Assembly: GCA_027068075.1 (NCBI GenBank)
Contig: JAMOUJ010000006.1
Location: 346,706 to 410,705 of the forward strand
Source of the DNA: Candidatus Aminicenantes bacterium
Lineage (GTDB): Bacteria; Acidobacteriota; Aminicenantia; S016-38
Direction: 5' to 3'
DNA length: 64,000 nt
This document shows, in pieces, positions 19,299-28,450 of this stretch. Made by a program: the position numbers and the translations under genes. Below the pieces are notes generated by a model. The model did not search any database, was not told the DNA's origin, and saw nothing but the letters and a program-made list of their open reading frames with translations. Every line of letters starts with the position of its first letter. Position 1 is the first letter of the stretch.

Positions 19299-20165
19299 AT
19301 GGAGATAACGGCGGAACTTTCCGAGAAACTTAAGGAATTTCAGAAGACAGAGATAACCGAGGCCCACATCTACAGGGCCCTGGCCCGGTCTGCCAGGGGC
19401 AAAAACCGCCGTGTTCTGGAAAGGATCGCCGCCGAGGAACTGGGCCATTACGAGAGGTGGAAAAACTACACCGGTCAGGAGGTAAAACCCAGCAGGCTTC
19501 AGGTATTTCTTTACCGGATAATTTCCTTCATTTTCGGTTTGACCTTCGCGGTGAAACTCCTGGAAGGGGGAGAAAGGGAGGCCCAGGAAAAGTATTCTGT
19601 TCTTCTGGGAAAGATACCCGAGGCGGAGGAGATAATTCAGGAGGAGGTGGACCACGAAAGGGAACTCATGAATATGATAGAGGAGGAGAGGATAAACTAC
19701 ATAGGCTCCATGGTCCTGGGACTCAACGATGCCATAGTAGAACTTACCGGGGCCCTGGCAGGTCTTACCTTTGCCATACAGAAGGTGAAGGTTATAGGTC
19801 TTGCCGGGATGATAACGGGCATAGCCGCCGCCCTTTCCATGGGGGCCTCGGAATACCTTTCCCAGAAGGCCGAGGGAAACGAAAGCCCCCTCAAGGCCGC
19901 CGTCTACACCGCCATAGCCTACATCCTGGCGGTTTTTCTCCTGGTAATTCCCTACTTCCTCTTTTCGTCATACCTTCTCGCCCTGGCCGTAACCCTTCTA
20001 AATGCCCTCCTCATCATCCTTCTTTTTACCTTCTTCGTTTCGGTGGTCAGGGAGCAGAGGTTTCTTCCCCTATTCGGAGAGATGGTGGCCATAAGTTTCG
20101 GGGTGGCCTTCGTTTCCTTCCTTATAGGGTTGGCGGCCCGCCATTTCCTTAAAATAGAGATTTAA
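19299..20165 (+). CDS. VIT1/CCC1-family iron transporter with N-terminal ferritin/rubrerythrin-like domain
   Basis: N-terminal ferritin-like helices with EELGHYERW and EVDHEREL. The C-terminus has GLNDAIVELTGALAGLT and 4-5 TM, typical of CCC1/VIT1. Confidence 0.7.
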   Translation: MEITAELSEKLKEFQKTEITEAHIYRALARSARGKNRRVLERIAAEELGHYERWKNYTGQEVKPSRLQVFLYRIISFIFGLTFAVKLLEGGEREAQEKYSVLLGKIPEAEEIIQEEVDHERELMNMIEEERINYIGSMVLGLNDAIVELTGALAGLTFAIQKVKVIGLAGMITGIAAALSMGASEYLSQKAEGNESPLKAAVYTAIAYILAVFLLVIPYFLFSSYLLALAVTLLNALLIILLFTFFVSVVREQRFLPLFGEMVAISFGVAFVSFLIGLAARHFLKIEI

Positions 20166-20179
20166 TCCGGGAGGTGAAC

Positions 20180-20593
20180 ATGAAATACAAAGTGGAAGGT
20201 TCCGTTATACTGGCGGTGGGGGAGGACGGAGACAGCCTCCACGAGGTGGCCCGCCTTTTGAAGGAGTCCGGAGACACTCCCTCCACCATGGTGGTGACCT
20301 CCGCCACGGGCATGCTCAGGAAAATAAAGATGGGATACTGGGACGGGGAAAAATACCTGGAACACTCCTTTGAGGAGCCCATGGAACTTCTGGGGATAAG
20401 CGGGTTCATAGCCAGGGACGCTGAGCCCTTCTATCACTTCCATCTTACCCTGGCGGACCGTGAAGGAAGGGTGTGGGGAGGGCACATGATGGAGGCGGAG
20501 GTCTGCAACACCCTGGAACTTTTTTTAATAGGGACTTCCCTTAGAATTAAAAGGGTGCCTGTAGGCAACCTGAAGTTAATTTCCCTGGAATGA
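20180..20593 (+). CDS. PPC/DUF296-domain protein
   Basis: 138 aa. GGGAGG sits 5 nt before the ATG at 20180. The sequence pattern resembles the PPC (plants and prokaryotes conserved) domain. Confidence 0.45.
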   Translation: MKYKVEGSVILAVGEDGDSLHEVARLLKESGDTPSTMVVTSATGMLRKIKMGYWDGEKYLEHSFEEPMELLGISGFIARDAEPFYHFHLTLADREGRVWGGHMMEAEVCNTLELFLIGTSLRIKRVPVGNLKLISLE

Positions 20594-21693
20594 GGATAGG
20601 AATAAGGGTCTCCCCCCTGGCCTCCCCCCTGACGGGGATTCCCGTGTATGTTTTAAACCTGGTCAGGGAAATAGCCAGGATAGACAGGGAAAACCTTTAC
20701 TTCCTCTACACCAACAGGGAAATTCCCTTTACCCTGGACCTTCCCGAGAACTTCCAGGTGGTTCTGGTCCGCAGACCCTATCCCCGGTGGCAGTTGTGGT
20801 ATCAAATCGGTCTTCCGGTACAGATGAGAAGGGACCGCCTTGACTTGTACCACGACACCCTCTTTCTCCTTCCCCTGCTCCAGGGAAAAATCCCCGGGGT
20901 GATAACCATCCACGACCTTTCCGGTCTCCTGATGCCCGACTTTCATCAGAGGAGGGTCTCTCTAACCAGCAGGCTGATTCCTCAGGCGGTGAGGAAGGCC
21001 CGCAGGATAATAACTGTATCCCATTTCACCCGGAAGGAGGTGGAGAAACTCTTCCCCTCCGCCGCCGGAAAGACCAGGGTGGTTTACAACGGAGTGGGTT
21101 CCCAATTCCAGCCCTCTCCTCCGGAGCGGGTGGAGGAAGTTAAGGTGAAATACGGCATAAAGGAGAATTACATAATGTACCTGGGGACGGTGGAGCCGCG
21201 TAAAAACCTGAAGACCTTACTTCGGGCCTTTGCCCTTCTCAAGAATAAGATTCCCCACCTTCTGGTGATTGCAGGGATGAAGGGCTGGAAGTACCACGGG
21301 ATTTTTGACCTCCTGAGGGAATTGTCCCTGGAGGAGAGGGTGGTTTTTACGGGATTTGTCCCCGAAGAGGACCTGCCTCCTCTTTACTCCGGGGCGGATG
21401 TCTTCGTTTATCCTTCCCTCTACGAAGGTTTTGGAATCCCGGTCCTGGAGGCCATGGCCTGCGGAACCCCTGTGGTGGCCTCTAAAACTTCATCCCTCCC
21501 CGAGGTGGTGGGGGATGCAGGTCTTCTGGCGGATCCCCATTCTCCCGGGGAAATAGCGGCGAGGATAGAGGAAGTTCTCAAAAATCCCGGCCTGGCGGAG
21601 AAACTTTCCCTTCTGGGCCGGAAAAGGGCCGGGGAGTTCACATGGGAAAGGACGGCCCGCGGGACCCTCCAGGTTTACGGCGAGGTCCTTTGA
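20590..21693 (+). CDS. Glycosyltransferase family 4 (GT-B, retaining)
   Basis: The EX7E region EGFGIPVLEAMACGTPVVAS is a typical GT4 C-terminal domain. Confidence 0.8.
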   Translation: MRIGIRVSPLASPLTGIPVYVLNLVREIARIDRENLYFLYTNREIPFTLDLPENFQVVLVRRPYPRWQLWYQIGLPVQMRRDRLDLYHDTLFLLPLLQGKIPGVITIHDLSGLLMPDFHQRRVSLTSRLIPQAVRKARRIITVSHFTRKEVEKLFPSAAGKTRVVYNGVGSQFQPSPPERVEEVKVKYGIKENYIMYLGTVEPRKNLKTLLRAFALLKNKIPHLLVIAGMKGWKYHGIFDLLRELSLEERVVFTGFVPEEDLPPLYSGADVFVYPSLYEGFGIPVLEAMACGTPVVASKTSSLPEVVGDAGLLADPHSPGEIAARIEEVLKNPGLAEKLSLLGRKRAGEFTWERTARGTLQVYGEVL

Positions 21694-22022
21694 AGTTCCT
21701 CCCAGGCATCGTAGGCCCTTCGGAGGTGGGGGATGGTAATGGAGCCTCCCACCACCAGGGCGATGGCCATGGCTTCGTTGAATTCTTCCCGGGAGATCCC
21801 TTCCCGATGACACCTGATTATGTGGTAGGTTACACAGTCGTCGCACCGCAGGACCAGGGAAGCCACCAGTCCCAGCAATTCCTTGTATTTGACAGGAATG
21901 CTTCCTCCCCGATAAACCTGGGAATCCAGGCTGAAGAACCTCTTTATCTCCAGGTTGGCCCTGGAAAGGACCAGGGCGTTCAACCTATCCCTTTCCCTCT
22001 GGAATTCTTCAATTTTTCCCAT
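21675..22022 (-). CDS. Carboxymuconolactone decarboxylase/AhpD-like family protein
   Basis: 115 aa. CxxC-like motif LRCDDCVTYH in a CMD-fold context. Confidence 0.65.
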   Translation of the reverse strand: MGKIEEFQRERDRLNALVLSRANLEIKRFFSLDSQVYRGGSIPVKYKELLGLVASLVLRCDDCVTYHIIRCHREGISREEFNEAMAIALVVGGSITIPHLRRAYDAWEELQRTSP

Positions 22023-22040
22023 TTCGTTCCTCCTTTCTCC

Positions 22041-23810
22041 TCATCCCTCAAAGGAATGGGAGTAGGTTATAAGTATGGAGTTTCGTGAAATAACCCTTTC
22101 CACCCTTCCCCCTTCCTCCATAATCGGAAGTTCCCCCAGGTCCAGTTTGGTGAGTTTCTGCAGAACCATTTTCAAGTTATCCCGGGGATAGACCAGGACT
22201 TCCTCCCCGTGGGTTATAAGGTCGTGGGCAAGGACCAGGGGGAAGATGAGTTCCCGGTTTTGAAGGACAAATTCCTTTACATGGTTTATGGAAATTATGC
22301 CTGAAAACTTCCCCCGGGCGTCCCTCACGCAGAGTATGTCTGCTCTGGTTCTTGTGAAAAGGTCCAGGATTCTCTCCAGGTTTTCCCCCTCGGAGACCCA
22401 GACCGCCTTTCCGCAGTAGGGGAGGGCATCCTCCACGGTGAGGCTTTCCAGGATGTCCACGGCGAAATCCCCTATGTGGGCCGGGGAGGAAAGTTTGTTG
22501 GGAACTTGTTTCTCGTAGATGGTTACCTCTCCGCTGGCCAGAAGTCCGAAGATTATAACCACCAGGGCAGGAACTATGAGACCGTAACCTCCGGTCATTT
22601 CCATGGTCATTATGAGGCCGGCCAGGGGAACCTTGGCCACGGCGGATATGTAGCCTGCCATCCCCACCACCACCAGAGGTTCAGGGCTGACCCCCAGGGA
22701 GGGAAACAGGGCCGAGGCCACATGGGCAAAAAGGGCTCCGAAAATACCGCCTATAACTATGGTGGGCCCGAAAATTCCTCCGGAGCCTCCGGAACTTATG
22801 GTGAAGGAGGTGGCCAGCATTTTTGCGAAGGGAAAAATTAGCATTACCCAGAAGGCCAGTTGTCCTGCGATGGCTACCTGAATCCACCCGTATCCTATTC
22901 CGGCGGCGTAGGGGAAAAACATGGCCATGGCCCCCAGGAGAATTCCGCCCAGGGCGGGTTTGAAAATATTGGGTATCCTCAGAGACCGGAAGATGTCCCT
23001 TATCCCGTAAAAAACCTTCACATAGGGATAGGCCATGAGGCCCAGAAAAAATCCGAAGGCAGAGTACATAAGAAGGTGGGCCGGATTGGTGAACCGGCTT
23101 CCCTGGGTTATGAAAATGGGTTTCCATCCGTGGAAGGCTCCGAAGATGGAATACCCCATGATGGAGCCGATGAGGGTGGGGATGAGGCTTTCCATTTCCA
23201 TGTCCATCTGGGTGTAAAGAACTTCCACGGCAAAGAGAGCACCTCCGAAGGGGGCCCTGAAGATGCTTCCTATGCCGGCCCCTATCCCCACCACCACCAG
23301 GGTTCTCCGCAACTCGGTGGGAAGTTTGAAAACATCCGCCAAAAAGGAACCGAAACCGGCTCCTATCTGGGCTATGGGACCTTCCCTTCCTGCGGAGCCA
23401 CCGCTTCCAATGGTGACGGCGGAGGCCAGGGTCTTTATTATGGGTACCCTCCACCTTATTTTCCCCTTTTTGAAATGGAAGGCCTCTATGGCGCTGTCGG
23501 TTCCGTGGCCCTCGGTTTCCGGGGCAAAGGTGTATATTAAAAATCCGGCCACCAGTCCGCCCAGGCCCAGGATCAGGGGGAAAAGATACCAGTGGTGGGG
23601 GAGGACGAAGGCCGAACTCCCTTCCCCTCCGGGCTTGGGGGGAACGAACCTCATGAGACCCACCATGACGAGTTTTTCTGCCCAGCGGAGAACCAGGTCA
23701 AAGAGGAGGGCTCCTCCCCCGGCAATGACGCCCACCAGAATTGAGTAGATTACCAGTTTAGGGAGTTTTTTCACGGAGAAAATTATAAGAATAAAGGGGG
23801 AGGGAGACAA
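22041..23810 (-). CDS. ClC voltage-gated chloride channel/H+-Cl- antiporter with C-terminal CBS pair
   Basis: Selectivity motifs GSGGSAGREGP and GIFGP. Two C-terminal CBS domains. Confidence 0.85.
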   Translation of the reverse strand: MSPSPFILIIFSVKKLPKLVIYSILVGVIAGGGALLFDLVLRWAEKLVMVGLMRFVPPKPGGEGSSAFVLPHHWYLFPLILGLGGLVAGFLIYTFAPETEGHGTDSAIEAFHFKKGKIRWRVPIIKTLASAVTIGSGGSAGREGPIAQIGAGFGSFLADVFKLPTELRRTLVVVGIGAGIGSIFRAPFGGALFAVEVLYTQMDMEMESLIPTLIGSIMGYSIFGAFHGWKPIFITQGSRFTNPAHLLMYSAFGFFLGLMAYPYVKVFYGIRDIFRSLRIPNIFKPALGGILLGAMAMFFPYAAGIGYGWIQVAIAGQLAFWVMLIFPFAKMLATSFTISSGGSGGIFGPTIVIGGIFGALFAHVASALFPSLGVSPEPLVVVGMAGYISAVAKVPLAGLIMTMEMTGGYGLIVPALVVIIFGLLASGEVTIYEKQVPNKLSSPAHIGDFAVDILESLTVEDALPYCGKAVWVSEGENLERILDLFTRTRADILCVRDARGKFSGIISINHVKEFVLQNRELIFPLVLAHDLITHGEEVLVYPRDNLKMVLQKLTKLDLGELPIMEEGGRVERVISRNSILITYSHSFEG

Positions 23811-23833
23811 ATTCTGATGTTATAATAATCTGG

Positions 23834-24679
23834 ATGACCATGAAGGATTTTTTAATCAAAACGGCCGTAAGGCTCAAGGAGAGGGGTTATTACAGGCTTT
23901 CCTTCTGGTTTTTGGAAAGGGCCAAGAAAATGGGGGCCCGGGAAAGGGCCGAGGAACTGCTGGAAAAGCAAAAACACGAATACGCCGAATACCTGCTGGA
24001 AAAGGCCAGGGATTACGAAAGGAAGGGGGATTTTACCGAAGCCCTGATCCTGGCTGAGAGGGCCGGGGAGATGGGCGAAGATGTGGACGAGGAGTGGATG
24101 GAGGACCTGAGAAAGCGCTCCAGAAAGCAGAAGGAGTTTGAAACCCGGCTTCTTTTAAATCCCGCCTCCATGGGGTTTCAATTCGCCTCCAATTATAGAA
24201 AATGGCTTTTCTCCCTCACCGGAACTCCCCATTACTCGGACCAGGACGACAGTTCAAGGAAGGTTTTGCCCCCGGAACTTCTTAAGACCTGGAAGGAGGC
24301 GTACAACAAACCGGAGAATTACGAAGCACAGTATAAACTGGCCCTGAATTTTTCCGTGTACGGTTACATCTGGGAGGCCATTTCCCAGGCCCAGAGGGCC
24401 GAAGAACTAAAGAAAACTTCGGAGGTGGAGTTCCTCCTGGGGATGCTTTACATGGAGATGGGGGACAAGGAAAAGGCCGGGGAAAAATTGACCTGCGCCG
24501 TGGAATTGGACCCGGAAAATCAAGCCGCTTATTATTTCTTGGGAAAACTTTTTCTGGACCTGGACGAGGAGGCATCCCTCCATTACCTCCGCCGGTGCAT
24601 AGAGATAGACCCCAGCAGCGATCTGGCGGAGAACGCCCTGGACCTTCTGGGTGGGATAAGGAAGGAAGTGGAGGTATAA
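23834..24679 (+). CDS. TPR-repeat protein
   Basis: Repeated 34-aa helical-hairpin pattern (AEYLLEKARDYERKGDFTEAL, AAYYFLGKLFLDL). Confidence 0.6.
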   Translation: MTMKDFLIKTAVRLKERGYYRLSFWFLERAKKMGARERAEELLEKQKHEYAEYLLEKARDYERKGDFTEALILAERAGEMGEDVDEEWMEDLRKRSRKQKEFETRLLLNPASMGFQFASNYRKWLFSLTGTPHYSDQDDSSRKVLPPELLKTWKEAYNKPENYEAQYKLALNFSVYGYIWEAISQAQRAEELKKTSEVEFLLGMLYMEMGDKEKAGEKLTCAVELDPENQAAYYFLGKLFLDLDEEASLHYLRRCIEIDPSSDLAENALDLLGGIRKEVEV

Positions 24680-24993
24680 CTCTCCCTCCTGTTTTCGGCT
24701 ATTTTAGGGATAAGGTTTAAATTTTACGCCGGCGTGCCTATAATATTCTGGGGGAAGATGTGAAAAGCCTTTGTTTCAAGGCCCTTAGTCGTCCGGTTTT
24801 TCGTCTGTGTTTCAGATACGCAGGGGGGATACTCCCGGAGCCGGGCAGGGGCGCAGGAAGTGGAATTAAGTTACTCCTCGGTTTCCTTCGCCCCCATATG
24901 GAAAACTCCCCTTCAAGTGAAGTCATCCGCCACCTGAAAACTTCCCCAACATCGGTTAAGGCGGGGAGTCCATGATTTTTTCTGAAAAGAAAA

Positions 24994-26982
24994 ATGTTTC
25001 TGGATGAGTATTCCTTTTCCCTTTTCCTCCTCCTATCCTTCACCTTTATACTTGCCCTTTTTCTTATCCGCCTCAAAAATAAGGAAAAGTCCACCTATTT
25101 TCTTATCGGCTCCTACGCCAATATTTTCATGCTGTTTCTCTCCGGTTTTCTCGGTCTTTTGTTCCCTGACGGGCTGGGGGATAAATTTATCCTCCTCCAG
25201 TATGTGTTCGTTCACCTATCCCTGGTTTTTTTCATCCTTTTCGTCTACCATTTCCAGGGCCTATACCGGGGGAGGGAAGCCACGAAGATTTTTTACCTTT
25301 CCCTTCTTATTTTTTCGTTAATTTCCCTTTACATCTTGAAGTTGATATTTTCCAGGAAGGCGGTAAAGGGGGAGGAAATAGCATGGATCGCCATCGTGGC
25401 GGGTCTGGAGTTTCTTTGGGTCCTGGTGGTTCTGGTGAGGAAAACCCTCTTCTTCTTCCGGGGTGGAGCGAAGGATAAATCAAATCTTTTGAAGGCCAGA
25501 AGAACGAAAGTTTTTGCCTATTTGATGATTATTCCCATCGCCTTGAGTTTTTTGGTTTACCTGGGCTATCGGGGCGTTATCTCCAAAGAGGTACACAATG
25601 TATTTTTCACAGAGGGAACGGCCCTGTTCTTTTTCCTTTTCGTTTTAATGTATTTGAATCATTCCACCATCCCCGTGAGTTTGGTTTCCAAAATAGTAGG
25701 GATAACCCTGGTTTCGGCCTTGATCCTCCTGAATTTTACGGGTATGTTCTTCGTCTGGGAGGCCCGGAAGGCCTACGACAGCCTGAACCTTCAAAGGGTG
25801 AAACTCTGCCGGGAAAAACTGAGGACGGGTTCCCTGAAGGAACTTCCCTCGGATGTAAAGTACATTCTAAGGTTGAGGGGAGAAGAGTTTTTCCCCGGGG
25901 ATTTTGAAATAGTTTATTCTGCCCCCGGATGGGGAGGTACGGATTTTTTAAAGGAGGACAACCGCCTGAAAAGGGGGCGCAGGGTTAAATTCTTTTCCAG
26001 GGTGGAGAGGCTCGTGAAAAATACCCTCCACAGGGATCCGATGTATTTTTCCTATTTTTTCCCGTTGAGGGGAGGGGTTTATGAGGTGGGAATTTCGTCC
26101 ATGGCCTACAGGAAGCACATCCATCGTCTGGTTCTCAAGTTAATTTCGCTTTCCCTTTTCATATTCCTCTCCATTGTCTTTGTATTTCCCCGATTCTTTA
26201 AAAACTGCATAATAAATCCCGTGGACCAACTTCTCGGGGCCGCCCGGGAGATAGAAAGGGGAAACCTCAACCTGGAGGTTCCTGTGATGGTCCGCGACGA
26301 ATTTGGAATCCTCTCCGAAGCCTTTAACAACATGGCTTCTTCCCTGAGAAACTCCCGGGAGAAAATCCTGGAATACAGCAGAACCCTGGAGAGAAAAGTG
26401 GTTGAGAGAACCAGGGACCTTATGGAGAAAAACAGGATGCTTTCCCAGATGAAAAGGAGGCTGGAGGAGGCGGCCATCACCGATCCTTTGACCGGCCTTC
26501 TCAACAGGAGGGGGCTTTATCAACTCATAGAGCACGAGATGCGCAGGGCCAGGAGAAAGGGGAGTTGCTTCAGTTTGATAATCTGCGACATAGACGATTT
26601 TAAAAGAATCAACGACACCTATGGTCACGATTGTGGAGATAATGTTTTGCGAACCATAGCCCGTCTCCTTGAGGACAACTCCAGAAAGGTGGATCGGGTG
26701 GGCAGGTGGGGTGGGGAGGAATTTCTTATGGTACTTCCGGAAACCCCTCTGGACGGAGCCGTTGAGGTGGCGGAGAAGATAAGGAGGGTGATTGAGGCCA
26801 GGGAATTTCATTATGGAAAGGTATCTTTCCGGGTTACCATGACCTTCGGTATTTCCCTGTTTTCCTCTGCTACCCCATCCCTCCATCACTGCCTTAAAGA
26901 AGCCGACGACGCCCTCTACCGCGGTAAGTTTCTGGGGAAAAACACGGTGGTGGTATGGGAAAGGAATGTTCAGGAGTCCTGA
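24994..26982 (+). CDS. Sensor diguanylate cyclase: polytopic membrane sensor, HAMP, then GGDEF (GGEEF variant)
   Basis: About 8 TM N-terminal region. HAMP-like segment (EFGILSEAFNNMASSL). DPLTGLLNRRG...RWGGEEFLMVLP. Confidence 0.8.
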   Translation: MFLDEYSFSLFLLLSFTFILALFLIRLKNKEKSTYFLIGSYANIFMLFLSGFLGLLFPDGLGDKFILLQYVFVHLSLVFFILFVYHFQGLYRGREATKIFYLSLLIFSLISLYILKLIFSRKAVKGEEIAWIAIVAGLEFLWVLVVLVRKTLFFFRGGAKDKSNLLKARRTKVFAYLMIIPIALSFLVYLGYRGVISKEVHNVFFTEGTALFFFLFVLMYLNHSTIPVSLVSKIVGITLVSALILLNFTGMFFVWEARKAYDSLNLQRVKLCREKLRTGSLKELPSDVKYILRLRGEEFFPGDFEIVYSAPGWGGTDFLKEDNRLKRGRRVKFFSRVERLVKNTLHRDPMYFSYFFPLRGGVYEVGISSMAYRKHIHRLVLKLISLSLFIFLSIVFVFPRFFKNCIINPVDQLLGAAREIERGNLNLEVPVMVRDEFGILSEAFNNMASSLRNSREKILEYSRTLERKVVERTRDLMEKNRMLSQMKRRLEEAAITDPLTGLLNRRGLYQLIEHEMRRARRKGSCFSLIICDIDDFKRINDTYGHDCGDNVLRTIARLLEDNSRKVDRVGRWGGEEFLMVLPETPLDGAVEVAEKIRRVIEAREFHYGKVSFRVTMTFGISLFSSATPSLHHCLKEADDALYRGKFLGKNTVVVWERNVQES

Positions 26983-27830
26983 AGCACGGCCCTGATCATG
27001 GCCTTCAAATTGATCGTATAGGCCTCTTTGGGCTGGCGGAGTCCAAGTTTCTGGTACTCGTTTTTGTAAATCTCCTCGGCCACCCTTTCCGGGTCTCCCC
27101 ACCTGGCGTAGAGTTTTAGAATTTCCTCCCGGAATTCCCGGGTCCTTTCCATGGACTTTTCAAGAAATTCCTTTCCCCGGGGAAATATTCCCCCGTGTCC
27201 CAGCCCCAGGGAGAAGTGGGAGTAGGTCATGATTTTTTTCAGGGAATCCAGGTATTGGGAGTAATTGGAGAGAAATTGTGGCCTTATGTGCCCGTCGTCT
27301 ATAACCCCGGCGGCGTCCCCCACGAATATTATTTCCTTCTCCTGAAAAGCGAAGGATATGGAACATCTCGTATGTCCCGGGGTTTCCAGGACGAAAAACT
27401 CGTCCAGCCCCTCCCCTTCCCCCAGGACCACATCCACGGAGAAGGGTTCAAACTCGTCTTCGGAGCGGACACCGAAGACCCTTTCCGCTTCCCTCTCCAG
27501 TTTTTTTATCAACTCCACGGCCCTGGGTTTCTTAAGGACCTCGGCGGTCCTGGCAGAAGAAACGATTTTCATGTGGGGGAAGCGTTTTTTCAAAACTGGA
27601 GCGGCCCCCACATGGTCGTAATGGGAGTGGGTAAGGAGAAGGAAATGGGGTTCCACCTCCAATTTCTCCAGGTCCTTCAGGATTTTTCGGCCCATGAAGG
27701 TAAAGGCTGAATCTACGAGGTAGTTCTTTTTGCCCCGTATTAAATAGACGGGGACCTCAGGAGCGTTCAAAAGGTAAATTCCGTCCCTGAATTCTCCCGT
27801 TCTGCTGAACATGTTTTTAATATACCACAT
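26970..27830 (-). CDS. Metallo-beta-lactamase-fold hydrolase
   Basis: THSHYDHVGA motif (HxHxDH) with downstream His/Asp ligands. Confidence 0.75.
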   Translation of the reverse strand: MWYIKNMFSRTGEFRDGIYLLNAPEVPVYLIRGKKNYLVDSAFTFMGRKILKDLEKLEVEPHFLLLTHSHYDHVGAAPVLKKRFPHMKIVSSARTAEVLKKPRAVELIKKLEREAERVFGVRSEDEFEPFSVDVVLGEGEGLDEFFVLETPGHTRCSISFAFQEKEIIFVGDAAGVIDDGHIRPQFLSNYSQYLDSLKKIMTYSHFSLGLGHGGIFPRGKEFLEKSMERTREFREEILKLYARWGDPERVAEEIYKNEYQKLGLRQPKEAYTINLKAMIRAVLQDS

Positions 27831-27856
27831 AGAGCCTTATGTGATATAATCATAGC

Positions 27857-28450
27857 ATGAAATTTCTCGGAATAAACGGCTCCAGTAGAAAGGATGGGTT
27901 ATCCAACAAACTTCTACAGATCGCTTCCAGGGAGTTTTCCCGTCTCGGACACGATTTTGAGGTTCTTCACCTGGTGGATTACAGGGTTGAATACTGCCGG
28001 GGCTGCGTTTCTGAGGACATTTCCCTGTGCACGCCGAAAAAATGTTACGAAATAGGGGACGATTTTGAGAAAATAGCCCGGAAAATGATCGGGAGCCAGG
28101 GAATCGTTTTTTCCACCCCCGTCTACTGGTATGCTCCCTCCGCCAGGCTGTGGGCCCTCATAGAGAGGATGACCTCCCTGGAGAACACCCCCCGGAAATA
28201 TCTGGAGGGAAAACCGGTGGGGGTGGTGGCGGCGGCAGGGGAAGATGGAGCCCAGAGCGCCATAACCAATCTGGTGGTACCCCTTATCCACATGGGGATG
28301 CTGGTGCTTCCCTTCGGGATGACTTATTTTTCCGGGAAAGAGGACGACCCTGAAACCGTCCGCTACATAGAAAGAATGGTTAAGAACATGATTTTTGCCG
28401 CCGAAAAATTGAAAGGTTATTCGTGGTGGCAAAGCAGGGAGGCTGACTGA
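27857..28450 (+). CDS. Iron-sulfur flavoprotein (Isf-like NADPH-dependent FMN reductase, flavodoxin fold)
   Basis: N-terminal GINGSSRKDG flavodoxin-like FMN site plus compact Cys cluster CRGCVSEDISLCTPKKC (CX2CX7CX4C), as in Isf proteins. Confidence 0.6.
   Translation: MKFLGINGSSRKDGLSNKLLQIASREFSRLGHDFEVLHLVDYRVEYCRGCVSEDISLCTPKKCYEIGDDFEKIARKMIGSQGIVFSTPVYWYAPSARLWALIERMTSLENTPRKYLEGKPVGVVAAAGEDGAQSAITNLVVPLIHMGMLVLPFGMTYFSGKEDDPETVRYIERMVKNMIFAAEKLKGYSWWQSREAD

Noticed and set aside
24760-24975. 71-aa ORF in the long leader upstream of the HAMP-GGDEF gene
   Set aside because: No RBS and odd composition. The region is more likely non-coding leader or promoter.
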